Source of the DNA: a virus | Length of the DNA stretch: 64,000 bases | Reading direction: 5' to 3' (one strand) | Virus genome (UHGV): UHGV-0351052 | In this document: positions 49,504 through 58,636 of the stretch, in pieces | Layout of the letters: each line of letters starts with the position of its first letter | Numbering within the stretch: position 1 is the first letter of the stretch | Notes under the pieces: generated by a model | Seen by the model: only the letters and a program-made list of their open reading frames with translations | Told to the model about the DNA's origin: nothing | Databases searched by the model: none | Translations under genes and position numbers: made by a program

Positions 49504-50352
49504 TTAATCAACTGCTATTGGATGAATAGCATTAAACTTATGAAATGCTTCTGATTTTTCTTTACGCGAAACACACATGCGAAGAACCTTTAATGGCTCG
49601 TCTTCTTCACCCAACGATTTTCGTTTTTCAATATTCGATGTTTTCCAACGAGCTTGCTCTGGAAACTCTCTATTGATTTGCTCAAGCGCTCTATTATGTT
49701 TAGAATTACTACGAATTGAACTACACCCACCGGGAGCGTGTGATTTTCCAGATACAACTAGATATTTGAACAAGGCCAAATGCGGATAACCTTGATTAAT
49801 TAAATTGAGAAATGCATACATATCTTCGCATAAATCAATTTTTCCATACCCAATTTGTTCTGTCGTAAGTTTTCCGAGGTCATACCATGTATTCGTGAAT
49901 CCATATGAGTTTTCACGATAATTACCCCAAGATGAAGTAATTTTAAAAATTGGTAGACGAGCATGACCGTGATAATACCCGCAATCCATGGCATCCTCAA
50001 CGTATTGAATCAATTCATAGAACTGTTCACGAGTTAATTGATTAATTTTATCTACGCGCCGTTTATCGTCTCTCTTTCGTATTGAACTCATACGAATAGT
50101 AGTATCATCATCAATCATCCAGATTCGTTGACCTGCATACATATCAGTAATTGCTTTACGAGTACCGGCAATTCCGTTTACATCATCAGGAATAGTTACA
50201 ATTTTAGCTCTAGACCCATAAGCATCATAATAAGCTTTTTCTTCGTGTTCACGCACTACAATATGGGGCTCATAATCAGTCGGAAACATATTAAGGGCAG
50301 AAACTGCCCCTACACGCTGATAACTTGGAATTACGAATTGAATCATTTCCAC
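49504..50352 (-). CDS. putative GT-A type glycosyltransferase (282 aa) at the beta-gt locus
   Basis: Lies between uvsX and 42, where T4 encodes beta-gt (351 aa); carries a DXD-type motif (RIWMIDDDTTI) and is unlike T4 beta-gt. Confidence 0.5.
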   Translation of the reverse strand: MEMIQFVIPSYQRVGAVSALNMFPTDYEPHIVVREHEEKAYYDAYGSRAKIVTIPDDVNGIAGTRKAITDMYAGQRIWMIDDDTTIRMSSIRKRDDKRRVDKINQLTREQFYELIQYVEDAMDCGYYHGHARLPIFKITSSWGNYRENSYGFTNTWYDLGKLTTEQIGYGKIDLCEDMYAFLNLINQGYPHLALFKYLVVSGKSHAPGGCSSIRSNSKHNRALEQINREFPEQARWKTSNIEKRKSLGEEDEPLKVLRMCVSRKEKSEAFHKFNAIHPIAVD

Positions 50353-51083
50353 TCACCGTTATAATCTTTTTTCACAATATGAGTTTCGCCAGTATTCCAC
50401 CAATGATCAACCAAGTAAAAATGACGAGAATATACATGAAGACTTCCAACATTCCATATAATAGAACCTGCTTTATACTGACGAGTTGAATCGCCTGCAT
50501 TCAAATCAGATACTAATTTATCTAATACGTATTTTTGCCATGCATAATCATTACGGAATCCGAAGACCACGTCATTTGAGCGCATGTTAACAACCGCATT
50601 GACTTTCTTATCACGAATCAGGTACTGTACTGTATTAGTACACATGAAATCTGACATACCATCTTTATTGTAGTCAAATTGCATGGATGGACGAGTATAA
50701 ATCATGATACCACGTCGAGAATCAGGATTTTGACCAAGTTCAGCTAAACACATATCATACTGAGCATAGTTATCTTCTGACCAGATAGCCCAACCATAAT
50801 TCGAGTTAATTTCGCCTTTAGAAGATGCTACTTGTTGCCAAATCTTTGGTGTTTCACCCGGAATATCTTTAACGAACAAGCTTTTAGATTTATACCATTC
50901 AAGTTCACGCTGAATGTATTCATCATTAAGAGCGCCAAAAATAAACGGTTCATCTGCTACAAATGATGCGCCAATAATTTCAATAGTTTTAACACCAGTT
51001 TTATCAACTACGAAATCTTTTTCTTTTAATGCAAGCCCCAAATGAAGACGGATTTCTTCAACTGTCATAGAGTCACTAATCAT
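50343..51083 (-). CDS. 42: dCMP hydroxymethylase gp42 (246 aa)
   Basis: Thymidylate-synthase-like fold; length equals T4 gp42. Confidence 0.9.
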   Translation of the reverse strand: MISDSMTVEEIRLHLGLALKEKDFVVDKTGVKTIEIIGASFVADEPFIFGALNDEYIQRELEWYKSKSLFVKDIPGETPKIWQQVASSKGEINSNYGWAIWSEDNYAQYDMCLAELGQNPDSRRGIMIYTRPSMQFDYNKDGMSDFMCTNTVQYLIRDKKVNAVVNMRSNDVVFGFRNDYAWQKYVLDKLVSDLNAGDSTRQYKAGSIIWNVGSLHVYSRHFYLVDHWWNTGETHIVKKDYNGEWK

Positions 51084-51090
51084 TTAAACC

Positions 51091-51240
51091 TCAATTGATA
51101 CATTCATATTTAACTTGTAACAGTAATAAACCCCAACCTAAAATAATAGTTGGAATCATAAGAGGAACCGTTACACTATAGTATATACTTATTATAATCA
51201 TCAAGATTAAAAGCAATGCTGCTATAATTTTGCTTTTCAT
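51091..51240 (-). CDS. small membrane protein (49 aa), below ORF-track cutoff
   Basis: Manual read: MKSKIIAALLLILMIIISIYYSVTVPLMIPTIILGWGLLLLQVKYECIN; ATGA overlap with imm stop. Confidence 0.35.
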   Translation of the reverse strand: MKSKIIAALLLILMIIISIYYSVTVPLMIPTIILGWGLLLLQVKYECIN

Positions 51241-51488
51241 TCCTTTTCTCTGATGATAATTACCTGATTTGGCTGTGCAGACTTTTTAGTTTCACCCGCA
51301 ATTGACCAAATAAATGTAATAAACCAACCAATAATTGACCAGTTAAACAGTAAAGATGTGAAAAAGATTCCTACTGTCGATTTTGACCCACGCATCAAGG
51401 CAATAAACCATGGAAGCATGTATATAATAATAGCCAACACACCTGAAACTAAAACCATAAAAATTGAACCTGCTACTAAAGTTTCCAT
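51237..51488 (-). CDS. imm: superinfection immunity protein Imm (83 aa)
   Basis: Two transmembrane segments; matches T4 Imm. Confidence 0.85.
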   Translation of the reverse strand: METLVAGSIFMVLVSGVLAIIIYMLPWFIALMRGSKSTVGIFFTSLLFNWSIIGWFITFIWSIAGETKKSAQPNQVIIIREKE

Positions 51489-51495
51489 GTTTTCC

Positions 51496-51876
51496 TCACT
51501 TAGTCAAATTTTTTACACATGAATTATAAGAATTCACTACATACTCCATCGGAGCATTTTTACCTGTACGCCATTGGTAATTATTAGCCCAATTTGCCCA
51601 AAGTTCAGCGCAGTAGTTTTCAATTTTTTCTTCGCGTGTAATTACATCAGAATTACGATATGCTTGAGCAGATTCATCTGGACGAATAGCCTCGTCAAAA
51701 TTCGCCTGCATTTGTTCTACTGTCTGTTTTGGAGCTTCTTTATAACACTTGACATTAGGATTATAAAACTTGCTTGAACAGTTTACAATTTTTCCTACAT
51801 CAGACTGATTTACTACCGGTCCTTGAGCCACACAACCAGTAAGACCTAATGCAATAACCAAAATAGCGATTTTCAT
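51496..51876 (-). CDS. putative lipoprotein (126 aa)
   Basis: Signal peptide with lipobox LTGC (MKIAILVIALGLTGCVAQG...). Confidence 0.5.
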   Translation of the reverse strand: MKIAILVIALGLTGCVAQGPVVNQSDVGKIVNCSSKFYNPNVKCYKEAPKQTVEQMQANFDEAIRPDESAQAYRNSDVITREEKIENYCAELWANWANNYQWRTGKNAPMEYVVNSYNSCVKNLTK

Positions 51877-51886
51877 AATAATTTCC

Positions 51887-52123
51887 TCAAATGCAAGTAG
51901 TAATTACTCCAGTAGTGCTTATGCAGGTATTACCCATTTGCACACCTAAAGATCCATTTGTATTCACATGAAGATTATCATCAATTTTAACTGATATTTT
52001 ACCATTAGTGTGAATAACGGTGCTAGATTTAATCACAGGTTGAGTATCATTTTCAACACTAACAAATGGAACTGCTACTAATGCAACTAAACACACTGCT
52101 AAGCAACCATAAACAATTTTCAT
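51887..52123 (-). CDS. secreted small protein (78 aa; start at ATG 52123)
   Basis: Follows conserved early leader GGATTTGGAGAATGAAATG; N-terminal signal-like segment. Confidence 0.45.
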   Translation of the reverse strand: MKIVYGCLAVCLVALVAVPFVSVENDTQPVIKSSTVIHTNGKISVKIDDNLHVNTNGSLGVQMGNTCISTTGVITTCI

Positions 52124-52156
52124 TTCATTCTCCAAATCCGTATCAGTAGTTGATAG

Positions 52157-52210
52157 TTGTATAGTACCATAGAAGAACAGGGATGTAAACAGTTTTGTGA
52201 AAAATTTTTA
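52157..52210 (-). promoter_or_regulatory. T4-type early promoter block, copy 6
   Basis: Near-identical to copy 1. Confidence 0.5.
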
Positions 52211-52277
52211 GGGAATCCAAAGGGTCCAGAATCATCTCTTTTTCATAAGTATAGATTTATATTACTTGTATGAAAAA

Positions 52278-52293
52278 GGGACCTGGAGGTCCC
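52278..52293 (-). terminator. intrinsic terminator after gene 43 (GGGACC-TGGA-GGTCCC)
   Basis: 6-bp GC stem then TTTTTCAT on minus strand. Confidence 0.5.
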
Positions 52294-52306
52294 TAGATTT
52301 ATTCTA

Positions 52307-55003
52307 TCAGCCAAACAGGAAGTCTAACGAAGCTTTTTCTTCATAGTCCATACCAGCCGATTCACACATGCCTGCAAGCGGTTTAACAAACGATTTTTGG
52401 AACAAAGTTGAGTGGTCAATCCAAGATAGTACGTCAGAACGAATTTCTTTTGGAAGTTCTGTACCAGACGGCCAAGCAATGCATTTGTCACCAAATGGAT
52501 TTCCTTCACGTAATGGAAGAACCATTACTTTATTTCCATCCAAAATTGGAGCTACACCCAGACCACTAACAGCTCGACGATAAGTTAGCACACCGCGAAT
52601 ATGGAACGGGCATTTAAATCCTGGCCAACCTTTATCATCATATTTCGCTATATCGTTCGCAGTTTTTACTTCAGCAATAACTTTATAGTCGAGTTGACGA
52701 TATTCTTTCTCGAAGTTCTTGTAGTATTCTTGGACAGACTCTTCGCCTTCCTGAAGAATACGACGAATACTTTCTTCGAGAGCTTCTTGCACTGCTTTTG
52801 GTGTTGAACTCTGCTGAGTTTCCATACCCATGATTTTTAGATGCGGTTCAGCAAATCGCTTATCTTCCATATCATAAACGTTCAGAGCATAACGCTTTTT
52901 CGCTTTCCAAAATCCACCAACGCCCTTTGAACCAAGTGGAGGACAAGAAATAGCTTCACGGTCCATATGCATCAGATGCTCGCGGTTATTCATATAATCA
53001 CATAACTCACGATATGCAACATCAATCATAGGTTCCATCTTTTTCTTACCGAACTGATTCATAAATTCAACCAAATCGTTCTGCTCTTTGAATCGGTCAA
53101 GACCAACTTTTTCAATAACTTTATCTACACAAACATATACCGAATCAGTATCACCTGCTGCGATAAAATCTTCACCATTAGTTCCGCATACTTTATTCAG
53201 ATATTCATTGATTTTACGAGCAATCCACTGAATACCGACTTGGCCAAAAATTGTGATAGCAGTAGCATTTCGCAAATCATAGTAACGGAAATGAATATTA
53301 CCAAGAGCACCATAAAGACTGTTAATGAGAATTTTACGGTTCAGCTGATTTGTGTTAGCAAGTGTAGCAGCTTTTTCACATTCCTCAATCAGACTATTGA
53401 GAACAGATTCAGTATAATTCGACAGTTCATTTAAGAAATCATCACTGAACTTAACATATCGTTCAACTTCTGGTTTAGTTGAACAAGACCCTGCGCCTTT
53501 CATAATAATCTTTTTAATAGCTTCGGCATTCATTTCTTCAGCGAACATTTTCTTTTTCCAGTCTTTACGCTGGAAAAATACTTTAGCGATTTCCTTTGGA
53601 ATGATACCTTCTTGATGCTTATCATACATCCATCCATTCGGAGAACAAGAATATTCTTCACTTGGCTTAGGAGCTGTTCCTGCGATATATTCATGGATTG
53701 GATGAACTTTAAATTGTCCACGAATAGTCTCAGGACTAATGTTAACCTGACGAATAATGCTCGGATACAGAGACGTCAAGTCAAAACTCATAATATATCG
53801 ACGAGCAATTGGTTTAGGTTCAAACACAAATGCACCCGGAAAACTCTGTTTAACGTGCGAACCTTGTTGAGGAATAACCTTATGTTCACCTTTCAATGAG
53901 TTAAAAATAATAGCATCCCAAGTTTTAATAGGACTCATTACACCGGAAAAAGGCATTTTAGCGTAATAAGACATACTTAAAACTAGATCGATAAACCCGC
54001 GAATTTTATCAATTGCTTGAACTGATTCTACGTCAATGATGTTATAACTAATGTATCGTTGATGATTAGTTTCACGAAGTTTATTAATAGGACCGTCGTA
54101 TGGTAATTTACCTTTTTTGGTTTCATGTTGAGCAACTGATTCCAAAGAGAATGACGGCAAATTAGTAAATGCGAACTTCTTGTACAAATCTAAATAATCA
54201 AGAATAGATACGCCATCAATAGAATAAATTTCTTTGCTACCGTACACATTTTGAATTAGTTTAGATTTTACTCGACCGATTGGAGAGAAGCGTTTCATAC
54301 TACGTTCACCGAGAACCATTTTAACACGATTCATGATATACGGAACGTCAAATCCCTCAATATTCCAACCGGTAAAAATAGCAGGTCGTTTCTGTTCCCA
54401 GAGATTAATATATTCCATGAGCATATCACGCTCATTATCAAATGGCATATAAATTACTCGGTCAAGAATTTCTTGAGGAACTTCATCACCACCTTCACAG
54501 TCAAGCTTAGCAGCTAACTTTGCATCCCATTTTGATACTGAACCGTACATTGAATTCAACAAATCAAAGACGTAAAAACGATCGTCAATTGAATCATAAT
54601 GAGTGATAGCATCAATTTCATATTCTGCTTTCATTGGGTCAGGAAATTTATCACCAGTAACCTCAATGTCGCAGTTAGCTACACGAACAAATTTTCGGTC
54701 ATAAACAATTTCTGAACCATATGTATCACTGATGTAAGCGAGTTTAAAATCGTTCATACCGAGAGCTTCGAGACCGATGTCTTCCATTCGCTTCATCCAG
54801 TCTCGTGCATCTTTCATTGATGGAAATTTTTGAGGAGCGCAGTTTTTACCATAGATGTCTTTGTATTTTGACTCTTCCTTACAATGTCTAAACATAGTTG
54901 GAAGATATTCTACTTCACGAGTACGTTCCTTTCCGTTTTCATCAATATAACGTTCAACAATGTTATTTCCGACTGTTTCAATAGAGATATAAAATTCTTT
55001 CAT
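52307..55003 (-). CDS. 43: DNA polymerase gp43 (898 aa)
   Basis: Family B polymerase; length equals T4 gp43. Confidence 0.95.
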   Translation of the reverse strand: MKEFYISIETVGNNIVERYIDENGKERTREVEYLPTMFRHCKEESKYKDIYGKNCAPQKFPSMKDARDWMKRMEDIGLEALGMNDFKLAYISDTYGSEIVYDRKFVRVANCDIEVTGDKFPDPMKAEYEIDAITHYDSIDDRFYVFDLLNSMYGSVSKWDAKLAAKLDCEGGDEVPQEILDRVIYMPFDNERDMLMEYINLWEQKRPAIFTGWNIEGFDVPYIMNRVKMVLGERSMKRFSPIGRVKSKLIQNVYGSKEIYSIDGVSILDYLDLYKKFAFTNLPSFSLESVAQHETKKGKLPYDGPINKLRETNHQRYISYNIIDVESVQAIDKIRGFIDLVLSMSYYAKMPFSGVMSPIKTWDAIIFNSLKGEHKVIPQQGSHVKQSFPGAFVFEPKPIARRYIMSFDLTSLYPSIIRQVNISPETIRGQFKVHPIHEYIAGTAPKPSEEYSCSPNGWMYDKHQEGIIPKEIAKVFFQRKDWKKKMFAEEMNAEAIKKIIMKGAGSCSTKPEVERYVKFSDDFLNELSNYTESVLNSLIEECEKAATLANTNQLNRKILINSLYGALGNIHFRYYDLRNATAITIFGQVGIQWIARKINEYLNKVCGTNGEDFIAAGDTDSVYVCVDKVIEKVGLDRFKEQNDLVEFMNQFGKKKMEPMIDVAYRELCDYMNNREHLMHMDREAISCPPLGSKGVGGFWKAKKRYALNVYDMEDKRFAEPHLKIMGMETQQSSTPKAVQEALEESIRRILQEGEESVQEYYKNFEKEYRQLDYKVIAEVKTANDIAKYDDKGWPGFKCPFHIRGVLTYRRAVSGLGVAPILDGNKVMVLPLREGNPFGDKCIAWPSGTELPKEIRSDVLSWIDHSTLFQKSFVKPLAGMCESAGMDYEEKASLDFLFG

Positions 55004-55042
55004 AGATATTCCTTAGTTTATAGCCCGAGTTATTAGGCTCTT
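55004..55042 (-). promoter_or_regulatory. gene 43 translational operator (hairpin with loop AAUAACUC plus Shine-Dalgarno)
   Basis: Minus strand: CAAGAGCCTAATAACTCGGGCTATAAACTAAGGAATATCTATG, matching the remembered T4 gp43 autoregulatory RNA site. Confidence 0.7.
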
Positions 55043-55063
55043 GATATATTATACTCCAAATAA

Positions 55064-55078
55064 GGGGCCGAAGCCCCT
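55064..55078 (-). terminator. hairpin GGGGC-CGAA-GCCCC (UUCG loop on minus RNA) between the 73-aa ORF and the 43 operator
   Basis: 5-bp GC stem followed by TTATTTGG. Confidence 0.5.
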
Positions 55079-55081
55079 TGC

Positions 55082-55303
55082 TTAAATTAGTACTATTTGC
55101 CGGGTGAAAATTGTCAATCCATCTGCATTAATTGACTTAACGACTGCTGTAAAATGTTTTTGTTCTGGATGAACTAGTTTTTGAAATTCTACCTGAAATT
55201 TTAGTTGGAGGTTTTCTGGTAAATCAAAAAGTGTTTCTGTTGCAGAAAGATTATATTTTTCTTTAAGAGACACCATGTATTCTTGCGGGGTTATAGCAGT
55301 CAT
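55082..55303 (-). CDS. hypothetical protein (73 aa) between regA and gene 43
   Basis: ATG at 55303 overlaps regA stop (TAATATG); encodes MTAITPQEYMVSLKEKYNLSATETLFDLPENLQLKFQVEFQKLVHPEQKHFTAVVKSINADGLTIFTRQIVLI. Confidence 0.45.
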   Translation of the reverse strand: MTAITPQEYMVSLKEKYNLSATETLFDLPENLQLKFQVEFQKLVHPEQKHFTAVVKSINADGLTIFTRQIVLI

Positions 55304-55304
55304 A

Positions 55305-55673
55305 TTAATTACCAATCGTATATTTAGGAACGAGTTTCCATTCATGTTTTTGTTTAAAAGAAATAACTCGGAAGTTATTAGTTAAATCTTTCATAAAAGT
55401 TCTTTGACCAGGGACGATTTCAATCAGTCCCCAATCTTCTAACAACCATGCAATCGAATCACGACGAACTTCATCTTCTTCTGTCATTTCAACTTGACGA
55501 CCATCCATACGAAGCATTTCTTTAAAATGGACGATATAGTATAGTCCTTTTTTCTGAAGAATATGACAGGACTGATACAGAACTTTATCTTTATTATTAG
55601 CAATTCCCATACGAGTCAAAGTTTCTTTTACTTTCAGAAAATCTTCAGGTTTTTTAAGAGTAATTTCAATCAT
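55305..55673 (-). CDS. regA: translational repressor RegA (122 aa)
   Basis: Length and sequence match T4 RegA. Confidence 0.9.
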   Translation of the reverse strand: MIEITLKKPEDFLKVKETLTRMGIANNKDKVLYQSCHILQKKGLYYIVHFKEMLRMDGRQVEMTEEDEVRRDSIAWLLEDWGLIEIVPGQRTFMKDLTNNFRVISFKQKHEWKLVPKYTIGN

Positions 55674-55674
55674 T

Positions 55675-56238
55675 TTACCATTCCAATGCTAGTTTTTTGA
55701 GTTGTTTCTGTTCTTTTACGTTCTTAGTCACTTCTTTCAAAAAATCATCCGTGACTAAACCTTTTAGTTCTTTTAATACTAAAGGAAGTTTTCCATTTTT
55801 AGTAAGAATTGATTTATAGTTAATTGCATCATTTGTATTAACTTGATACCGTTTAGCAAGTAACTTAATAATCAATACTTCGGTGGAATCTTCAACCAGT
55901 TTTGCCCATTTACCGTATCTTTTACCCCGAGGAACAGCAGCCATCAGATAATTAAAATGGGCTTCATCACTTAAACCTGATCCAATTAAATTCATAGCAT
56001 ATACAGCTGGCATGCATTCAGGAAATTGTGATAATGCATTCTCAACCATGTATTTTGAATAATCTTTTTGAGCAATAGAGCATTTAGTTTTATTATTAAT
56101 AGCTCCAATTATTTCAAAAAATTCATTTTCAGCTTTTTCTTTAAAAGAATCAGCAGCGGATTGGACAGCTGTCCAATCTTTTGAATACCAAGCAACTTGA
56201 TGCTCGTTTAATTGAATATCATCTTCAAATAAGCTCAT
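55675..56238 (-). CDS. 62: clamp loader small subunit gp62 (187 aa; start at ATG 56238)
   Basis: [22 protein letters not shown]... matches T4 gp62. Confidence 0.85.
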   Translation of the reverse strand: MSLFEDDIQLNEHQVAWYSKDWTAVQSAADSFKEKAENEFFEIIGAINNKTKCSIAQKDYSKYMVENALSQFPECMPAVYAMNLIGSGLSDEAHFNYLMAAVPRGKRYGKWAKLVEDSTEVLIIKLLAKRYQVNTNDAINYKSILTKNGKLPLVLKELKGLVTDDFLKEVTKNVKEQKQLKKLALEW

Positions 56239-56239
56239 A

Positions 56240-57199
56240 TCACTTCCACTGCATTTCACATGCCAATTGAATGAAAAGATATGCTAAATGTAATTCAGTA
56301 TTAGCCGCAATTCCATGATACTGGTTATTTTCACCAACAATTTCATACATACGAATAATACTTTGCGGAGTTACGCGTGTATAGATTTCTTCGGCAAGTT
56401 TACCAACGAACCACGAATAATCAGCTGCATATTTTGGTGCTAAAGCTCTGAGTTGTTTAACATCTTTATTTTTGAGAGACTCAAGAACATCATCAATAGC
56501 ACCACGATCGTTAGTAACCAGTGATAAAATACCAGCATCCAAAACACCTTTAGATGAATAACTATCGAGCTCGCCAATAGTTTTACGAAAATCAGGAAAA
56601 TTCTTTTTAACCAAAGCTGCTACAACTTTCATATCAGCTATAGCAATTCCTTCACGCTTGCAGATTTCAGTCAATCGACGAATCATCTGCTTCATCATTT
56701 CAATTTTATCTTCATCGGTCGGTTGACCGAATGTAATAACTCGGCAGCGTGACTGAAGCGGTTTAATAATACCATCAATATTGTTAGCAGTAATAATAAT
56801 ACTACAGTTTGAACTATAAGCTTCCATAAAGGAACGAAGATGTCGCTGAGACTCTGCTAACCCTGAGCGGTCAAATTCATCAATAACGATTACTTTTTGA
56901 CGACCATCAAATGAAGCTGCACTCGCAAAATTAGTTAAAGGACCACGAACGAAATCAATTTTACAATCTGATCCATTCACAAACATCATATCAGCATTTA
57001 CATCATGACACAATGCTTTTGCTACAGTTGTTTTACCTGTTCCTGGAGAAGGAGAATGAAGAATAATATGTGGAATCTTACCTTTACTTGTAATAGATTT
57101 AAAGGTTTCTTTATCAAAGGCGGGAAGAATACATTCATCGATAGTAGATGGACGATATTTCTGTTCAAGAATGTGTTCTTTTTCATTTACGGTAATCAT
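56240..57199 (-). CDS. 44: clamp loader ATPase gp44 (319 aa; start at ATG 57199)
   Basis: AAA+ Walker [11 protein letters not shown]; GAGGAAA ribosome site. Confidence 0.9.
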   Translation of the reverse strand: MITVNEKEHILEQKYRPSTIDECILPAFDKETFKSITSKGKIPHIILHSPSPGTGKTTVAKALCHDVNADMMFVNGSDCKIDFVRGPLTNFASAASFDGRQKVIVIDEFDRSGLAESQRHLRSFMEAYSSNCSIIITANNIDGIIKPLQSRCRVITFGQPTDEDKIEMMKQMIRRLTEICKREGIAIADMKVVAALVKKNFPDFRKTIGELDSYSSKGVLDAGILSLVTNDRGAIDDVLESLKNKDVKQLRALAPKYAADYSWFVGKLAEEIYTRVTPQSIIRMYEIVGENNQYHGIAANTELHLAYLFIQLACEMQWK

Positions 57200-57231
57200 A
57201 ATTTCCTCATTCAAGTTTTAGTGTAAATTAT

Positions 57232-57249
57232 AAAGGGCCGAAGCCCTTT
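57232..57249 (-). terminator. hairpin AAAGGGC-CGAA-GCCCTTT between 45 and 44
   Basis: UUCG tetraloop on minus RNA; T-rich flank. Confidence 0.45.
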
Positions 57250-57250
57250 A

Positions 57251-57937
57251 TTAAAAATCGTGGGTAGAATCAGCTTCAAGAGCTACCACATAATTCGCGT
57301 GTTCACCTTCAAATTTAGCAGCACCTTGTTTACCTTTTGCCCAGAGCAGAAGTTTATAATTTCCTGGTTGCATTTTCATATTTGCCATATTGATAATGAA
57401 ATTAAATGTATTTTCACCATCATAATCACCAAGAGTCAAAGAATATTTAACACGGGTCAGAGCAGAATCTTCTACTTTATTAAAACCGTTAATTACGATT
57501 TTACCTTCTTTTACCGTGATAGCAATTGTATCAATTTGCAGACCACGAGATACACGCAACAGTTGTTGAAGGTCTTCAGCTTTAATTTCAGTAACAACAG
57601 ATGCTACCGGGAATGGAATTGGTTTATTAGGAGCAACTACTGTACTCGGATCGGCTGCTGGCCAAAAAATTGTTGAACGAGCATCAGCAATTTTAATATT
57701 TCCATCTTCTGACTGGGAAATTTCTGCATCATCATTAACTAGCGACAGAATACCGAGAAAACCGTTCAAATCGTAAATTGCTACATCAAAATCAATAGTG
57801 TCAGAAATATTTGCTTCCGCATAAGTTGTACCATTAACTGCGCGAGTCATAATAAATTGACCGGATTTAAGCATAATACCGGAGTTAATAGTAGCGAAAT
57901 TTTTAAGCAGAGCGGTAGTATCTTTAGACAGTTTCAT
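57251..57937 (-). CDS. 45: sliding clamp gp45 (228 aa)
   Basis: Length equals T4 gp45; acidic protein. Confidence 0.9.
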   Translation of the reverse strand: MKLSKDTTALLKNFATINSGIMLKSGQFIMTRAVNGTTYAEANISDTIDFDVAIYDLNGFLGILSLVNDDAEISQSEDGNIKIADARSTIFWPAADPSTVVAPNKPIPFPVASVVTEIKAEDLQQLLRVSRGLQIDTIAITVKEGKIVINGFNKVEDSALTRVKYSLTLGDYDGENTFNFIINMANMKMQPGNYKLLLWAKGKQGAAKFEGEHANYVVALEADSTHDF

Positions 57938-57993
57938 GTAATTTCCTTCAATTCAAATGAGATTTAATTTTATAACTAATTTAATAAAAGCAA

Positions 57994-58383
57994 TTAACGA
58001 TTAAAATCAGCCGCAATTGTTTCGGCAACAATTTGAGCAGCAACAATCAGACGTTCATCTGCATTGCCGCAATATTCATCTTCAAGGCGTTCACCACATG
58101 AAGTCATAATAAATTTAGCACCAGCGTTTAGGGATTCTGTAGTATGTTTGCGCATTAGTTCAATCCATTTATTACTTACTTCACGATCGATAGCTTCATA
58201 ATACGCATGACGAGCAGGTGCAGATTTAATTTTGTTCTGAATAACTTCCATTGCGTTATCAGAAAGAGACAAAACCCATGCTCGACGAATTTTATTTTGG
58301 TTTTGTGGATTTGATTCAGAACGCACGTGTTTTGGCTGAATATCTTTTACGTCAACAGTATAATTCACAGTAATTTTAGTCAT
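57994..58383 (-). CDS. rpbA: RNA polymerase-binding protein RpbA (129 aa)
   Basis: Size and position between 45 and 46. Confidence 0.75.
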   Translation of the reverse strand: MTKITVNYTVDVKDIQPKHVRSESNPQNQNKIRRAWVLSLSDNAMEVIQNKIKSAPARHAYYEAIDREVSNKWIELMRKHTTESLNAGAKFIMTSCGERLEDEYCGNADERLIVAAQIVAETIAADFNR

Positions 58384-58392
58384 AATACACCT

Positions 58393-58581
58393 TTAGTCAT
58401 AATAATCAGTAACAGTCCAAGCTTCATTTCTATTGGACATTATTTTTGTATATTCTGCTTTAAATGCATTCCTAAGCATAGATTCAGTAACTATATGCTC
58501 TTCATTAGAAAAATTATTTCTCAGAATATATCGTTTTATTTCAGGAATAGTTAATAGATGCTGTCCAGTTGAATATTCCAT
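58393..58581 (-). CDS. hypothetical protein (62 aa; 45.2 position)
   Basis: ORF track. Confidence 0.45.
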   Translation of the reverse strand: MEYSTGQHLLTIPEIKRYILRNNFSNEEHIVTESMLRNAFKAEYTKIMSNRNEAWTVTDYYD

Positions 58582-58636
58582 GTTTTTCCTCCATAGAGAT
58601 TATACTCTAATAAATTAAAGCATAATCTCTTATAAA

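Noticed and set aside
55041-55060. TATAAT upstream of the gene 43 operator as a defined promoter
   Set aside because: No matching -35 or MotA box at the right spacing could be identified by eye; left as a possibility within the regA-43 finding.
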